Positions 25,825 through 35,561 of a stretch of DNA of 64,000 nt are shown here, piece by piece; position 1 is the first letter of the stretch; each line of letters begins with the position of its first letter. The translations under genes and the position numbers were made by a program. Source of the stretch: Candidatus Pacearchaeota archaeon (GTDB lineage Archaea > Nanobdellota > Nanobdellia > Pacearchaeales > GW2011-AR1); the NCBI GenBank assembly GCA_017609535.1, contig JAFCDU010000001.1:4782-68781 (forward strand). Direction: 5' to 3'. The notes under the pieces are model-generated. The model did not search any database. It was not told the DNA's origin and was given only the letters and a program-made list of their open reading frames with translations.

Positions 25825-26318
25825 TGCAACCAAAATGGCATATTTTGATAGGATTCATTGTGAGTTACATTCTCGTATATTTCTTTAATTTCTCATTACT
25901 CGCAGGAATGATAATTTTCCTCTCATCATTCCTAATTGATTTTGACCATGTAATAAGATATATATTCCTGAAAAAAGACATTAATCCAAAGAAATTTTGG
26001 AATTGGTCAATGAATTCAAAAAAATCTTGGTGCTCTCTCTCCTGCAACCAAAAGAGAAAAATTAAATTTCCAATTTTCTTTTTTCATGGAATTGAATTTT
26101 GGATTATAATCCTCATTCTTGCAATTTTCTCTCCTTTTTTTCTTTGGATTCTTATCGGAATATTAATTCATATGATTGCAGACATCTCTTTTCTCATCTA
26201 TAATCATGACCCATTGTATTTTAAATTATCAACAATTTATACAATAATAACAAATAAGAATAAAATTTCTATTTCAAAACTCTCAGCTTCACATAAATCT
26301 GTGAAATCAACCCGTTAA
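25824..26318 (+). CDS. Polytopic membrane protein (possible DUF457/YdjM-like membrane hydrolase)
   Basis: 164 aa, 4-5 TM helices, HxxxG...DFDH motifs. Its start overlaps the secD stop. Confidence 0.35.
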   Translation: MQPKWHILIGFIVSYILVYFFNFSLLAGMIIFLSSFLIDFDHVIRYIFLKKDINPKKFWNWSMNSKKSWCSLSCNQKRKIKFPIFFFHGIEFWIIILILAIFSPFFLWILIGILIHMIADISFLIYNHDPLYFKLSTIYTIITNKNKISISKLSASHKSVKSTR

Positions 26319-26618
26319 AAAATAAAGAAAGTTTTTCTCTTAATTTTTTTGGAAAAAGACGGCCAACATTTGTAGGCAAAAGTTCTAATTGCACAATCTC
26401 AAATCTAGATACCTTGTTTATAACAGCCACCTGTTCAACAAGTTCTTTATCAATTGTTCTAGGATTGACATTTTATTCAACCCTTAGCCTTTTACTTCTC
26501 TTTAATAATATAGAGTTTTAAGGGTTGATAGATTTTTTGGTTTTGTATTATCGCTTCAGAAAGCGAGTAATTACCTATAATAAATAATTTTAATAAATCC
26601 CTACCGTTTTAAAAAGCC

Positions 26619-27437
26619 TCATTTTGATTTCATTGGGCCTGGTTTTGAAAGTTTAATTTTAATATTAAAATTTTTATTAGGAAATTGTGGAAATTTTAAA
26701 ACTTTAGATTTAATTGGAAAAGGATAGTAAATAGCACACATTGTATTTGAAACCTTATAAACATATTTTCTTCTTTCTTTTGGTGTCCCGTCTAAAATCC
26801 CTGCAAGTGTTGTCCAATTAGTATTCTCATTATCTTTTCCAGCATCATGCCATACTATCATTGAATTTTTATGAATTACTTTAAATACATTTTTCGTATC
26901 TATTTTAACACCAGTATAACTATGGTCACCATCTACAAATATTAAATCGAATTTTTCTTTGAATTTAGTGTAATCAAAAGTATGAGAGTCCTGTTTTATA
27001 TGTTTTACATTTTTCAAATTTTTAGAAAAAAATCTTTGCAACCGAATATACTCTTCTTTCCTACCATATTTTCTTAATTCATCGTCTGATAAGCTAATGG
27101 AAACACATTTATCTGCAACTTGAGAAACATTTGCTATGCTTTCACCCCTCCACGTACCTATTTCTAAATATCTACACTTCTTATACTTTCTTGCCATTTG
27201 TTTTAATAAAGCTAAATCTATAGGCTGGCAGGTTTGAGCTAAATAAGTATAAGGTTCAATTGTTTCCTTAAAATTAGGGGATAAATCTAATAAATCAACT
27301 GTTGGTATTTTTCCATATTTGGCTAAAACATAATCTTTCTTGGATTTCTCCATGGAATTTTCATAACCACCCCTAATAAAAGGTTTTAATTTAAAATTTC
27401 TAATTGCTTGTATAAATTTCTCAACTTTAATTTTCAT
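26619..27437 (-). CDS. Class I SAM-dependent methyltransferase (TylF/Methyltransf_24-like)
   Basis: LEIGTWRGESIANVSQ and DLIFVDGDHSYTGV motifs. Confidence 0.65.
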   Translation of the reverse strand: MKIKVEKFIQAIRNFKLKPFIRGGYENSMEKSKKDYVLAKYGKIPTVDLLDLSPNFKETIEPYTYLAQTCQPIDLALLKQMARKYKKCRYLEIGTWRGESIANVSQVADKCVSISLSDDELRKYGRKEEYIRLQRFFSKNLKNVKHIKQDSHTFDYTKFKEKFDLIFVDGDHSYTGVKIDTKNVFKVIHKNSMIVWHDAGKDNENTNWTTLAGILDGTPKERRKYVYKVSNTMCAIYYPFPIKSKVLKFPQFPNKNFNIKIKLSKPGPMKSK

Positions 27438-27449
27438 GTTTCAATCCTA

Positions 27450-28109
27450 TCAAGTATTTTTATTTTTTCCAATTAAGTATTTAAATGGATAATTAAACAA
27501 CATTCTAATTTTAGCAAAAGCATATAAAACTAGCAAGGCTAATTTAAACTTTAATTTATAAGGCAGAGTTAATCTTTTAAGAAAAATTAAAAAACTAGAC
27601 TTCCCATTTTTTACATAAAATTGTAATCCAGCATAATAATTTGGATTATTTATCCAAGGGTATTCTTCAGTTTTGTATCCACCATTTTCTTTAAAATATG
27701 CTTTCCATCTCTCTAAATTTTTAGGCACTTTCCAACTATAATTTTTAACAACAAAATCTATACTTTTGTGCTTAATTGTTTGTTGGGGATATAATCTACA
27801 ATGAACCCCTCCCAAAACTATTTTAATTTTTGGATTTAGTTTTTTAATCATTCTTGTTTTTTTCAAGGCATTTGGGATGCATAAACTCATTACAGATAGA
27901 CCAACAACAAATGTATTTTTAATTTCTCTTTTTATTAATTCTTTATAGTCTTTTTCTACAACACAATCAATAAAACAAACTTCAAAATTATTTCTTTTCT
28001 TTATCCAGGTAGCAATCGAAAGTAATTCTAAGGGAAAATTTGTTTTTTTATCTGCCCTGATTAAGGAGGCAGGAATTGTATTTATTAACAAGATCTTTTT
28101 CTTTAGCAT
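27450..28109 (-). CDS. Cobalamin (B12)-binding-domain protein lacking a radical-SAM core; possibly a truncated B12-rSAM paralog
   Basis: N-terminal KILLINTIP...LLSIATWIKK...VVGLSVMS...IVLGGVH resembles the B12-binding domain of B12-rSAM enzymes. No CxxxCxxC cluster. Confidence 0.45.
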   Translation of the reverse strand: MLKKKILLINTIPASLIRADKKTNFPLELLSIATWIKKRNNFEVCFIDCVVEKDYKELIKREIKNTFVVGLSVMSLCIPNALKKTRMIKKLNPKIKIVLGGVHCRLYPQQTIKHKSIDFVVKNYSWKVPKNLERWKAYFKENGGYKTEEYPWINNPNYYAGLQFYVKNGKSSFLIFLKRLTLPYKLKFKLALLVLYAFAKIRMLFNYPFKYLIGKNKNT

Positions 28110-28206
28110 ATTGATGTGATCTAATAATGTTTATTTAAATATATTGCCCTTTTTCTTTAATATATTATAAAAAAAATTAAGGCTGTTAAGTATTTAAAAT
28201 TTGATC

Positions 28207-28980
28207 TTAGATTGATTTTAAAATCGCTAATGTATCAGATTTGTTTGTTGTTAAGGAATATCCTTGATCTTTAAGCAAATTTTCACATTCTTTCACATCT
28301 TTTTTATTTAAGTGCATATGTTCATAAAAAATCATCTTTGGTTTCAATTTTGTAAAATCAATTAATTTAATAATTTCATAATCAAAACCTTCTGTATCAA
28401 GGTGTAATAAGTCTATTTTTTTAACCTTATTTCTTTTTATCAATTCTTTAAAAGTTATACATCTAACTTTTTCAACAACAAGATATTTTTCAATGTTTGC
28501 AATTATTCTCTTATTTTTTAAAACTGTTTTTTTATCAAAACTCCCTATTTGTTCATACCAACGTGGCATCCCTTTAAGATTTCTTTTAAGGCGATAAAGA
28601 TTTCTGTATTGGTTCTTATTTGATATAGCAACATTTTCAAATATTAATCTTTTATATATATCTGGAGCCCTTTTTCTATAATTCTGAATAAGTCTTTTAA
28701 ATATATACTTAACGGGTTCTATAAGAATACCATCCCACCTGTATTTTATAATAATTCTATGTATAGGGTCTCCACTAAAACCATCATTAGAACCAATTTG
28801 TATAAAGAAAAAATTATCTATCTTTTTTGAATAATGCTCCACAATTACCCCAAAATCCTTAAAATTATCTGGCAAAGAATCATAAAGTTTTTTTGATAAA
28901 AAAGAAATTAGAATTTTATTTAAGGACAATTTTAAAAGATTTTTAACATCTTTAATTTTTCTTTTAATGTCCATTATCAT
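28207..28980 (-). CDS. FkbM-family methyltransferase
   Basis: IQIGSNDGFSGDP and LLHLDTEGFDYEI motifs typical of FkbM. Confidence 0.65.
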   Translation of the reverse strand: MIMDIKRKIKDVKNLLKLSLNKILISFLSKKLYDSLPDNFKDFGVIVEHYSKKIDNFFFIQIGSNDGFSGDPIHRIIIKYRWDGILIEPVKYIFKRLIQNYRKRAPDIYKRLIFENVAISNKNQYRNLYRLKRNLKGMPRWYEQIGSFDKKTVLKNKRIIANIEKYLVVEKVRCITFKELIKRNKVKKIDLLHLDTEGFDYEIIKLIDFTKLKPKMIFYEHMHLNKKDVKECENLLKDQGYSLTTNKSDTLAILKSI

Positions 28981-29867
28981 TTTAATTTATGCCCCCTCTT
29001 CCTTATTTCAACTTTCAAATTCCTTCCTGAAAATCCTGGAGGGTTTTCATCAACATGAATTATCCTCTTTTTAAATCCAAAGGGCATTGGCTTTGCCTGA
29101 GTCCACGAATAGCTAGGGTCAACAGTATAGACATCTTTTTTATTATCAATAAGATATTTATTTAAAAAAGATTCATCCCACCATTTGGCGATAATTCCAT
29201 TCTTAATGTCTATCTCAGTATCCTTTTCCAACTTTTCAGTTGCTTTCAAAAAATCTTTACTTTTCCCTCCCCAGAAACATGCCTGCCAATAAGTAGACAA
29301 ATCATCCCCTTCTTTTACACTCGCTAAAGATTTAGGATTCTGTTCAAACTGTTCAGGCGAAATCTTATTTACAAAATTAAAATGTTGAACAGCAAAAAGT
29401 GGTTTGTCATGGCAAAAAAACTCCTTCTCAGAAATCACAGAAACAGCATACATGTCTGCATCAATATAAATAATATGAGAATAATTTTTCAATTTTTTCT
29501 TTGCTTTATTGATAAACTTAAATTTTCTAAGATTAACAAAAGGAAATTTTTCATGTTTGATTGGAACAATAATTACATCCTCTTTTCCATTAAAAAATTC
29601 AAAATTCGTTTGGTCTGTGAACACAAAAAAATCTTTTTTTGTTTTAGGTAAAAAAAATTTCTTAAAAGTCGTATAATATCGAGGAAAGAAATGAATATAT
29701 TTGTTTGTGCCAATAAATAAGATAGCGACTTTTGTAGGAAATTGCATTTGCTCTCTATAAGTTACAGAAAGAGCTTTTTTCAAGGCTCTATAATCAATGA
29801 TAGTCCGCCAACAATGGGCAATCCTCCCACCAAATACTTTTCTTATTGCAAGCTTAATTTTTTTCAT
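28977..29867 (-). CDS. Glycosyltransferase family 6-like (alpha-1,3-Gal/GalNAc transferase fold) with DxD motif
   Basis: VAILFIGTNKYIHFF...FFVFTDQ, IIYIDADMYAVS (DxD) and KWWDESFLNKYLIDNKK resemble the GT6 signatures (FAIKKY...YYVFTD, YCVDVDM, WHDESHLNKY). Confidence 0.55.
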   Translation of the reverse strand: MKKIKLAIRKVFGGRIAHCWRTIIDYRALKKALSVTYREQMQFPTKVAILFIGTNKYIHFFPRYYTTFKKFFLPKTKKDFFVFTDQTNFEFFNGKEDVIIVPIKHEKFPFVNLRKFKFINKAKKKLKNYSHIIYIDADMYAVSVISEKEFFCHDKPLFAVQHFNFVNKISPEQFEQNPKSLASVKEGDDLSTYWQACFWGGKSKDFLKATEKLEKDTEIDIKNGIIAKWWDESFLNKYLIDNKKDVYTVDPSYSWTQAKPMPFGFKKRIIHVDENPPGFSGRNLKVEIRKRGHKLK

Positions 29868-29935
29868 ATCTTAGTTAGAATTTTATCATTTTTATAATTA
29901 CTTATGTTTAAATATATCTTATTTCACCTATAATT

Positions 29936-31432
29936 ATGGGAGATTTAAAAGAAAAAACACTAAAAAATTCATTTTGGAACCTTTTAGCAACATTATCAAA
30001 TCGTCTTGGAGGATTGGTATTTACAATAATTTTAGCAAGATTTCTTTTGCCGGAAACTTTTGGGGTCTATTCAATTATAATCTCCATTGCAATGGTTTTT
30101 TTCACATTTGCCGATTTAGGAGTTAATGGCGCCTTGGTAAGATACGTTTCTTATGCTCTTGCATATGAAAAAAGAAAAATCCCCTCTTATTACAGATACT
30201 TGCTGAAACTAAAACTATGTTTTGCCCTGATTGCATCTACATTACTAATTGCCTTGTCTTATCCAATCGCATTTAATTTATATAAAAATCCGCAATTATT
30301 TCAACCGCTCCTTATATGTGGAATCTATATATTCATCTTATCATTTGAAAATTTTTATTCGCAGATTTTTTATGCAGCTGAAAAAGTAAGATACTTAAGC
30401 ATCAAGGAATTCCTTCATCAGGCAATAAGAATTTCTTTAGCATTCTTTGTTTTCTTTTTTGTTACAGCATCATATCAAATAATCGGAATAATCCTGGCTC
30501 TTATTTTAACTGCAATGCTGATGATTATATTCGGAATTTATTATTCTTACAAATTAATTCCTGAAATGTATAAAAAACCAACAGAGAAAATCAATAAAAA
30601 AAGAATTCGAACTTTCCTTAGCTTTCTAACAATCGCGAGCATTTCAAGCATCTTTTTTTCATATATAGATTCTTTAATGCTCGGACTTTTTACTCCAACC
30701 GAGTTTGTAGGATTTTACAGGGTTTCTTTTTCTTTAGTTTTCGGGGTAATTGGTCTGGCATCATTTGCGAATTTAATTTTTCTTCCGATTTTCACAAAAT
30801 TAAAAAAAGAAAAAACAAATCAAGTCTTGAATCTGGCATTTAAATATATCTCATTAATTTCAATTCCAGCGGTATTTGGCGTGCTCATCCTCGGAAAATA
30901 CTTCATCAAGTTCCTTTATGGACAAAGTTATCTGCCCGCAGCCTTGTCACTCCAATTCCTCTCCTTCCTTATTTTTCCCGCAGTTTCTGTAGGCCTCTTT
31001 CTCTCACTCTTTTCAGCTGAAGAAAAACCTCAAATTTTTGCAAAGCTGATAATTTTAGCAACAATTATCAACATAATCCTTAATTTTATCTTCATAAAAT
31101 CATTCCTTGCCATTTCTCCATTATGGGCGACAGCAGGAGCCGCAATAGCCACTTTAATTAGTTGGACCTTTTATTTCATTTCCGCAGTCATCACTATAAG
31201 AAAAGAGTTTAATCTGAAGATAATTTTCAAGCCACTATTAAAGCCGCTATCTGCCTCATTAATTATGGCGATTGTCATAAGGTTGATTTTAATTAAAGGT
31301 TTAAATCTTATTTCAGGAATAGGAACAATATTTGTCGGATTCTTTGTTTATAGTCTTATCATGATTTTAATAGAGAAAAATATAAAAAAGGAAATTCGGA
31401 AATTGATAAAATACATTCTCAAAAACAAATAA
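29936..31432 (+). CDS. Polysaccharide biosynthesis protein / oligosaccharide flippase (Wzx-like, MOP superfamily)
   Basis: 498 aa, about 12-14 TM helices, typical Wzx topology. Sits in a glycan cluster. Confidence 0.65.
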   Translation: MGDLKEKTLKNSFWNLLATLSNRLGGLVFTIILARFLLPETFGVYSIIISIAMVFFTFADLGVNGALVRYVSYALAYEKRKIPSYYRYLLKLKLCFALIASTLLIALSYPIAFNLYKNPQLFQPLLICGIYIFILSFENFYSQIFYAAEKVRYLSIKEFLHQAIRISLAFFVFFFVTASYQIIGIILALILTAMLMIIFGIYYSYKLIPEMYKKPTEKINKKRIRTFLSFLTIASISSIFFSYIDSLMLGLFTPTEFVGFYRVSFSLVFGVIGLASFANLIFLPIFTKLKKEKTNQVLNLAFKYISLISIPAVFGVLILGKYFIKFLYGQSYLPAALSLQFLSFLIFPAVSVGLFLSLFSAEEKPQIFAKLIILATIINIILNFIFIKSFLAISPLWATAGAAIATLISWTFYFISAVITIRKEFNLKIIFKPLLKPLSASLIMAIVIRLILIKGLNLISGIGTIFVGFFVYSLIMILIEKNIKKEIRKLIKYILKNK

Positions 31433-31464
31433 ATCTTTTTAAATTAGAGGAATTTTAAATTAAA

Positions 31465-32676
31465 ATGGGAGAAGAACGAACCAACAAAAAACTAAAAATC
31501 CTATTTTTTGGACAATTTACAATTAATCATGATTATGGCGGTCAAGGCCTTGCATACCCAATTATGGAATATCTAGATAAATTTTTTGATATAGAATATT
31601 CCTTTATGGTTTCTGAAAAATATTATCAAGAAAATCTTCCTTATGCAGAAAAAAAGGGCTTCAAATTAGTTCCATTTCCTTATCCAAAAATTTTCATAAA
31701 AAATCAGGATTTGATTAATGCGATAAAAGAAACAGATATTATAATTGATGTAGATGGAATTGAGTATATTGGAAATCTTCCTAAAATAAAAAAATGGTTT
31801 CATTTTTATAGAACTTCTTATATCCAAGATTTAGCAAAAAAATATAAAAAAATTTATTTAAAATCTCCAAAATCTTATGGCCCAATACAAGGCAAGATAT
31901 TCAAGATGCTTGTCAAAAGAAAGTTGAACAAAGTGCCTTTCATATTAGTAAGAGGGAAAGAAAATTTTGAAAATTTAAAAAATCTAAATCTAAAAACCCC
32001 AATTTACAATTGCCCCGATGTATCCTTAATCCTCAAACAAAAACAGCAAGAATGGGCAATAGAATATCTTGAAAAGTTAGGAATTAATCCGAGGAAAGAA
32101 TTAATCGGAATCTCTCCGAGTTATGTAATGAATAATAAAAACGAAGACCATTTAGAACTTTCAAAAAAAATAATTAAATATTTTCAATCAAAAGGCCTAC
32201 AAATTTTGATTATTCCTCATGCAATTAATGATAGTGCAGATATAAGCTCTTGTGACCTTGCTCTTTGCAAATATCTTTACGAAGACTTAGAGGATAAACA
32301 AAATGTCTTTCTAATTACAGACACAGATTTAGAATATAAAGAAATAAGAAGCATAATCGGACGATTATCTTTTTACATTACTGCAAGATATCATGGATTG
32401 GCCTCAGCATTATATATGAAAATCCCCACCGTTATCTGGTCCTGGCATACAAAATATAAAGATATGGCTTCATTATATCTATCAGAACCAAAAATAATTT
32501 CAGAGGAAATGACTCCTGAGCAGGCCATTGAGTTTGTAAAAAGTTCTTATGAAAATCAATCTTGGTTTGATAAAACTAAAATGGAAGAAAAACAAAAGAA
32601 TGTAGAATCAGAAATAAATAAGAACTTGAATTTATTTGTAGAAAAAATAAAGGAAAGAACAAATGAATCTACTTGA
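31465..32676 (+). CDS. Polysaccharide pyruvyl transferase family protein (CsaB/WcaK-like)
   Basis: 403 aa. C-terminal ITARYHGLASALYMKIPTVIWSWHTK resembles the conserved RxHxxI...G(I/V)P block. Confidence 0.5.
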   Translation: MGEERTNKKLKILFFGQFTINHDYGGQGLAYPIMEYLDKFFDIEYSFMVSEKYYQENLPYAEKKGFKLVPFPYPKIFIKNQDLINAIKETDIIIDVDGIEYIGNLPKIKKWFHFYRTSYIQDLAKKYKKIYLKSPKSYGPIQGKIFKMLVKRKLNKVPFILVRGKENFENLKNLNLKTPIYNCPDVSLILKQKQQEWAIEYLEKLGINPRKELIGISPSYVMNNKNEDHLELSKKIIKYFQSKGLQILIIPHAINDSADISSCDLALCKYLYEDLEDKQNVFLITDTDLEYKEIRSIIGRLSFYITARYHGLASALYMKIPTVIWSWHTKYKDMASLYLSEPKIISEEMTPEQAIEFVKSSYENQSWFDKTKMEEKQKNVESEINKNLNLFVEKIKERTNEST

Positions 32677-33277
32677 TTTAATAAAGAAACGAAGAAGTAT
32701 AAGGATATTTACAGGCAAAAAAATCCCAGAGGAAGAATTAAAACAAATACTTGAAGCAGGAGTTTGGGCACCCTCTGGGTGCAATAATCAAGAATTAAGA
32801 TTCCTCGTTTTGGAAGATATAACACCAATACTTGAGTTCAAGCCTTACCTAAAGGGGGTTTCTCATTTCATCATTATCTTTTGCGATACTTCTCTCAAAG
32901 GAAGCAAGATGTATAAAAATAAAAATCAAAGACATTTAAAATTCATCGATACTGGTCTTGCCCTTCAAAACATGGTTATATTTGCAAAAAGTAAGGGGAT
33001 TGATAGTTGTATTTGCAATTTATCAAAATATCACTTCAAATTAAAAGGAAAAATATGGGAGAAAATCTTGCGAAGAATTCTGATAAAACTCAATCTTTAT
33101 AGTTTTTCAAAATCAAATTTTGAATACATAGTTAGAAATAAATTAAAAATTCCAAAACATCTTGAAATAACTGGGGCAGTGGCTCTTGGCTATGGAAAAG
33201 TTTTTCCTGATTTAAGTATAGCAATGCATGATGGTAAAAAAATTAAAAGAAATCCAGTAGATTTTTATAGATTATAA
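32663..33277 (+). CDS. Nitroreductase-family protein
   Basis: RRSIRIF...EELKQILEAGVWAPSGCNNQ N-terminal signature. Confidence 0.6.
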   Translation: MNLLDLIKKRRSIRIFTGKKIPEEELKQILEAGVWAPSGCNNQELRFLVLEDITPILEFKPYLKGVSHFIIIFCDTSLKGSKMYKNKNQRHLKFIDTGLALQNMVIFAKSKGIDSCICNLSKYHFKLKGKIWEKILRRILIKLNLYSFSKSNFEYIVRNKLKIPKHLEITGAVALGYGKVFPDLSIAMHDGKKIKRNPVDFYRL

Positions 33278-33894
33278 TGAAAGATATAAATGCGACAATT
33301 TTAGTTGACCTTACACCAACTGAAGAAGAAATTTTCCAGAATATTCACAAGGATGCGAGATGGGGGATAAAAAAGGCGCTAAAAAACGGCTTGAAAGTAA
33401 AACAAACAGAAGATTGGGAAACTTTTTATCCAATTTATCAAAAAACAATGGCTACAGGAGGCGGTTTTATTCATTCCCTCAAGACTGTTAAAGAAACTTC
33501 CGCAATCCTCTTTTTATGTTATTACAAAAATAAACCAATTGCAGGATTGTCTATCGGATTCAGGGATGACAAATACGATAAAAATCTACCAAGCCTTTCA
33601 AAATTAGCATCATTAAAAGAATATCAAAATCTTCAACCAAATAACCTTCTCGTTTGGGAAGCAATAAAATGGAGTAAAAAAAAGGGCTACAAAAAATTTG
33701 ATATGGGGGGCTGGCAGATAAAGGCACAAGGCCATCTTGTCGGAATAAACAAATTCAAAGAAAGATGGGGAGAACTAACTTACTATTATAAAGATTATCC
33801 AATAAAAATCGCAATTGGAAGAAAGTTAGTTAGAAATTTCCCATTAATAAAAAAAATCTGGGATAAAATAAAAAAGGAAGTTAAAAAGAATTAA
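33277..33894 (+). CDS. GNAT/FemAB-like acyltransferase (Acetyltransf_6-like)
   Basis: 205 aa. WEAIKWSKKKGYKKFDMGG resembles the FemAB/BioF2-like C-terminal motif. Confidence 0.4.
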   Translation: MKDINATILVDLTPTEEEIFQNIHKDARWGIKKALKNGLKVKQTEDWETFYPIYQKTMATGGGFIHSLKTVKETSAILFLCYYKNKPIAGLSIGFRDDKYDKNLPSLSKLASLKEYQNLQPNNLLVWEAIKWSKKKGYKKFDMGGWQIKAQGHLVGINKFKERWGELTYYYKDYPIKIAIGRKLVRNFPLIKKIWDKIKKEVKKN

Positions 33895-34026
33895 AGTGAT
33901 TAACACAAATAATCTTGAAAAGCAGAATATTGAAATTTATAGAAGCTCTAGGGCTATTACCCATTATAATCGTGTCGGTCTAAACCTATTGAAGAAGTAA
34001 TAATCAATAAATATTTTAAGAAAAAT

Positions 34027-34559
34027 ATGAAGATTTTAGACCTCGGGTGCGGAGTTGGAAGAACAACAAAACCATTGTATGACCTAGGATATAATGTGAT
34101 TGGTGTCGAGATAATTAAAGAGATGATTGATCTTGCCAAAAAGAAATATCCTAATATTGATTTTAGGGTGGGTGATGCTTGTAATCTAAAATTTAAAGAT
34201 GCAGAATTTGATATTGTTTTCTTTTCATTTAACGGTATGGATTACATTTTTCCAGAAAAAAAATAGTTGCATTAAAAGAGATTAATCGAGTTCTTAAAAA
34301 AGGAGGTTATTTTATATTCAGTAGCCATAACGCTAAGGGCTTATTTTTTAAGTTCAGACCTTTCTTTTTTCTTAGAAACCTGTTTAAAGGAACTTTGTTT
34401 TCAAGATATAAAATAGATACAAATAAAGACTTTGATGCTCTTTATACTTTTTATGCTTCGCCGAAATATAATATTAAACAAATAGAAAAAGCTACTAACC
34501 TAAGATTTATGGAATTTTTTAAACCTTATCTCACACCTTATTATGTATTTAAAAAATAA
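34027..34559 (+). pseudogene. Class I SAM-dependent methyltransferase interrupted by a -1 frameshift in an A8 homopolymer (34256-34263)
   Basis: Frame 1 reads MKILDLGCGVGRTT...DIVFFSFNGMDYIFPEKK then stops. The +2 frame continues IVALKEINRVLKKGGYFIFSSHN...YYVFKK. Nine A's would restore a single ORF. Confidence 0.65.
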
Positions 34560-34809
34560 ATAGTAAGAAAAATCTTGATTATTTGACACAATAAAAAAAA
34601 CATATGATGACCGCCCAAATCTATCATATCTATGGGAGCAGTTTTAAAATTAAGAAATTTGAAATTGTAAAAATTGCAGAGGGAAGAAGGTTTCCAGTTG
34701 TAAGTAAGATAATAAAGATTTTAGACAAACCCTTCTTTTGGTTGGGCATTGGAGGAAAATTTATGTATGCATTATGTGAGAAGATTTAGTTGTCCTGAAA
34801 ACATTTATA

Positions 34810-35493
34810 TTGGTTCTTTCCTTATCCCTCTTTATGAAAATTTTACTTACAATAGATGTTGAAACTACTCGCGAAATTCCAGAAATGATAGGAATCTTGA
34901 AAAAGAAAAAAATTGAAACAATTTTTTTTGTTCCAGCTCAACTTTTGGAATCTAAACCTCACCTCAAAAAACTTACTAAATATGGAAAAATAGGTTTACA
35001 TGGCTATCAACACGAAAGATTTGACTTACTTGATTATAAAGAAAAGGAAGAGCTGATTAAAAAATCAGTTAAAGTTTATAAAAAAATTTTTAATAGAGAC
35101 CCAGAATATTTCAGAGCACCACAATTCTCTGCTGATTTTGAATTGTTGAAAATTCTTGAAAAATACGGATTCAAAAAGGATTTTTCTGTCACAGAATTCC
35201 CTCTTTTTCAGACAATATTCTTTCCTACCCATTTTTTAACTTATCTTAAACAAATAAAAATTGACAAAAAACTTAAAGAAAAAGGCATGAAAATTAAAGA
35301 AATTAAACTTTCTTCTGCTGTTTTCCCCTTTAGTATGTTTTTTCTAAAACTCCTACCTTTGCCGATTTTTTTAATTTTTGCTAAAATTTATTTTGTTTTT
35401 AAAAAAACCAAGAAACTTGTTTTCCTAGCTCACTCTTACGAATTTGGCAATAAAAAATTAAGAAAAAAATTTTTAAGATTCTATCATATTTAA
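34810..35493 (+). CDS. Polysaccharide deacetylase (NodB-like)
   Basis: LLTIDVETTRE...ETIFFVPAQ...GLHGYQHERF. Confidence 0.55.
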   Translation: MVLSLSLFMKILLTIDVETTREIPEMIGILKKKKIETIFFVPAQLLESKPHLKKLTKYGKIGLHGYQHERFDLLDYKEKEELIKKSVKVYKKIFNRDPEYFRAPQFSADFELLKILEKYGFKKDFSVTEFPLFQTIFFPTHFLTYLKQIKIDKKLKEKGMKIKEIKLSSAVFPFSMFFLKLLPLPIFLIFAKIYFVFKKTKKLVFLAHSYEFGNKKLRKKFLRFYHI

Positions 35494-35561
35494 AGAGAAC
35501 CTAAAACCTGAGAATCTAATTATAATTAACTTTTTATATTGCAACTATTAAGTATTGAAAA

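Noticed and set aside
25251-25841. 196-aa minus-strand ORF
   Set aside because: It is antisense to SecD.
27450-28109. Radical-SAM CxxxCxxC cluster in the B12-domain protein
   Set aside because: No cysteine cluster or TIM-barrel-like region is present in this frame or in the neighbouring 28110-28206 spacer.
34604-34789. 61-aa plus-strand ORF upstream of the deacetylase
   Set aside because: It has no motifs and no RBS. It is possibly 5' leader sequence or a decayed fragment, and was not promoted to a feature.
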